A stretch of 39,634 nucleotides of DNA from Octopus bimaculoides (taxonomy: Eukaryota), in assembly GCF_001194135.2 (NCBI RefSeq), contig NC_068984.1:35376400-35416033 (forward strand), read 5' to 3'. A program made the translations under genes and the position numbers. The stretch's first letter is position 1; each line of letters starts with the position of its first letter. The notes beneath the pieces are model-generated. The model saw nothing but the letters and a program-made list of their open reading frames with translations, did not search any database and was not told where the DNA came from. Below, piece after piece: positions 37,590 through 39,634 of the stretch.

Positions 37590-39340
37590 TTCTATATACA
37601 CACACACATACGTACATATCCACACACAACAAAAAACCACACGCACCCGTGTACACACATGAACGCACATATACCTCCCACACATACAACACACATACAT
37701 GCACATATACACACACATACACACACATACCCCACACACACACATACACACAGACACACATACACTCACNNNNNNNNNNNNNNNNNNNNNNNNNNNNNNN
37801 NNNNNNNNNNNNNNNNNNNNNNNNNNNNNNGCACATATACACACACATACACACACATACCCCACACACACACATACACACAGACACACATACACTCACG
37901 CGCAAACAAATGTACGTACACACACATGCACTAACACACACATACTCACGCACAAGAATGCACAGATAACTAACCCACACAACCCCACGCGCACACAGAC
38001 ACACACACACACACACATAAACGTACACACGTACACACCACCACGTGCACATACATACTCAAGCACCCGCGCATATACGCAATAAAATGCACACATAACC
38101 CGACACACATCTCCACGTTCACACACACATACACACGCAGGTACATACACACATGCACACACGCACGTACACATACACGCACATATAGACACGCACATAC
38201 ACATACATGTACATATAGACACGCACATACACAGATGCACAAACACATGTACACACGTACATATCCATAAATACACACACTAGCATATGTACGCACGTGT
38301 ACCTCTAACACACACAATACACATAGACACGTACACAATTACACATACATGGGCAAAAGCACACACGCACAACACGCACACACGCACATACTCACAGGCA
38401 TGCACATATACGCCTACACAAACGCCCCACACAACCCACGCACACACTCATACACACATTCACATATACGCACAATATATACATACACGCACACACATAC
38501 ATATACGCATACACATATAGACACACATGCACACGCACACGCATACGAATGCACACATACCTAATACTCACAACCTCATGCATACATGGATACACACCCG
38601 CATACGCACACACATACACGCACACACAACAACACGCACATACACATACACACGTACACACACACGCACAGGCATACACGCGCAAAAAAACGCACCTATA
38701 CCCCCCTAAACAACCCCTCGTTCACACACATACACACGCACTCACACAAAATACACATGCACATACACACACATATACACACGCACACACATACGCGCAC
38801 ACGCAGTTGAACCCACACATACCTCCCATAGGCACACAGCACACACTCATAAATACACGCACACAATTATAAATGCATATACACACACATGTACATACAA
38901 GCACACACACACACACAGAGTAAAGTATACTTACTCTACAGACACAGCCTCACGCGTACACACATACTCACACGTACACACATATACATACATACACAAG
39001 CGCACACTAGAAACAAGACATACACTACATATACATATACGCACACACGCATACTTCAAACTACCAGTACCTTTCTACTGACCAATTCTCCTACGTACAT
39101 GTGTAGGTAGACACACAACAAGCAGACACTCCTACCAAAATTCTTACTATAAATTCTTCCTATGACCATAAACCATACTATGTCCAACCAGAGACACACA
39201 TACACATCCACAGCCACACACACACACACACACACACATACACACACACACACATATATATACACGTGCTATCATTACACACACAAACATGCGCTCACGC
39301 ACATACCCACACGTACACACACATACCTCCTTCTCTTGAT
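37590..39340. repeat. ~1.7-kb cryptically simple, degenerate (CA)-rich tract (N-gap 37770-37830)
   Basis: Near-continuous purine-pyrimidine alternation of ACAC/ATAC/GCAC units. Confidence 0.9.
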
Positions 39341-39592
39341 CTCTCCTGTGTTTGAAAAGAACTTTCTCACCATCCTTACCCTGCCGGTCATTTCAATATG
39401 TAACTGCATGTGTATCGTTCGACTATTTCTATATTTCTGATAAAGAGCTCCGCTCCAAACGTGAAATCCCCTTTCTTTTCTTTCTTTTCCTGAGCGCCCA
39501 ATAACACTGAACTTATTCCACGTCCTCGCATTGTTTTTTTTTTTTCGTGTTTTTTCTTCCTTCTTAATGTTTGGATTGAATATATATATATG

Positions 39593-39596
<4 letters not shown>

Positions 39597-39634
<38 letters not shown>
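39597..39634. repeat. (CA)n microsatellite running off the window end
   Basis: Directly visible. Confidence 0.95.

Noticed and set aside
37701-37899. Exact 69-bp direct repeat (37701-37769 and 37831-37899)
   Set aside because: The copies flank an N-gap and are identical, the typical signature of an unmerged contig overlap.
39340-39590. Unique segment ending in T-rich sequence, possibly a LINE 3' end
   Set aside because: No recognisable motif strong enough to assign.

Overview
AT-rich, microsatellite-dense eukaryotic (metazoan) genomic DNA with five N-gaps. The tRNA-derived SINE families look like those I recall from octopus/cephalopod genomes (inference, not a database result). I found no intact protein-coding gene, RNA gene or CRISPR array. 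Most ORFs in the supplied track are translations of (CA)n/(TA)n/(CT)n repeats. The window is mostly a transposon graveyard: at least 11 SINE copies or fragments from about 4 families; LINE remnants of the CR1/Jockey-group, RTE, R4/Dong and L1/Tx1 clades; a Penelope GIY-YIG fragment; two mariner remnants; and one Tc1 remnant. The most interesting unexplained signal is several intervening unique-looking stretches that, with frameshifts and stops allowed, read like decayed single-exon class A GPCR genes. I rate these low to moderate confidence, because AT-rich DNA readily gives hydrophobic translations. Clear structural oddities are a 500-bp palindromic insertion with a 6-bp TSD inside a LINE, a duplicated then split TM3-like segment, a head-to-tail stack of L1/Tx1 pieces around a (GATA)n tract, and a perfect 19-bp hairpin.
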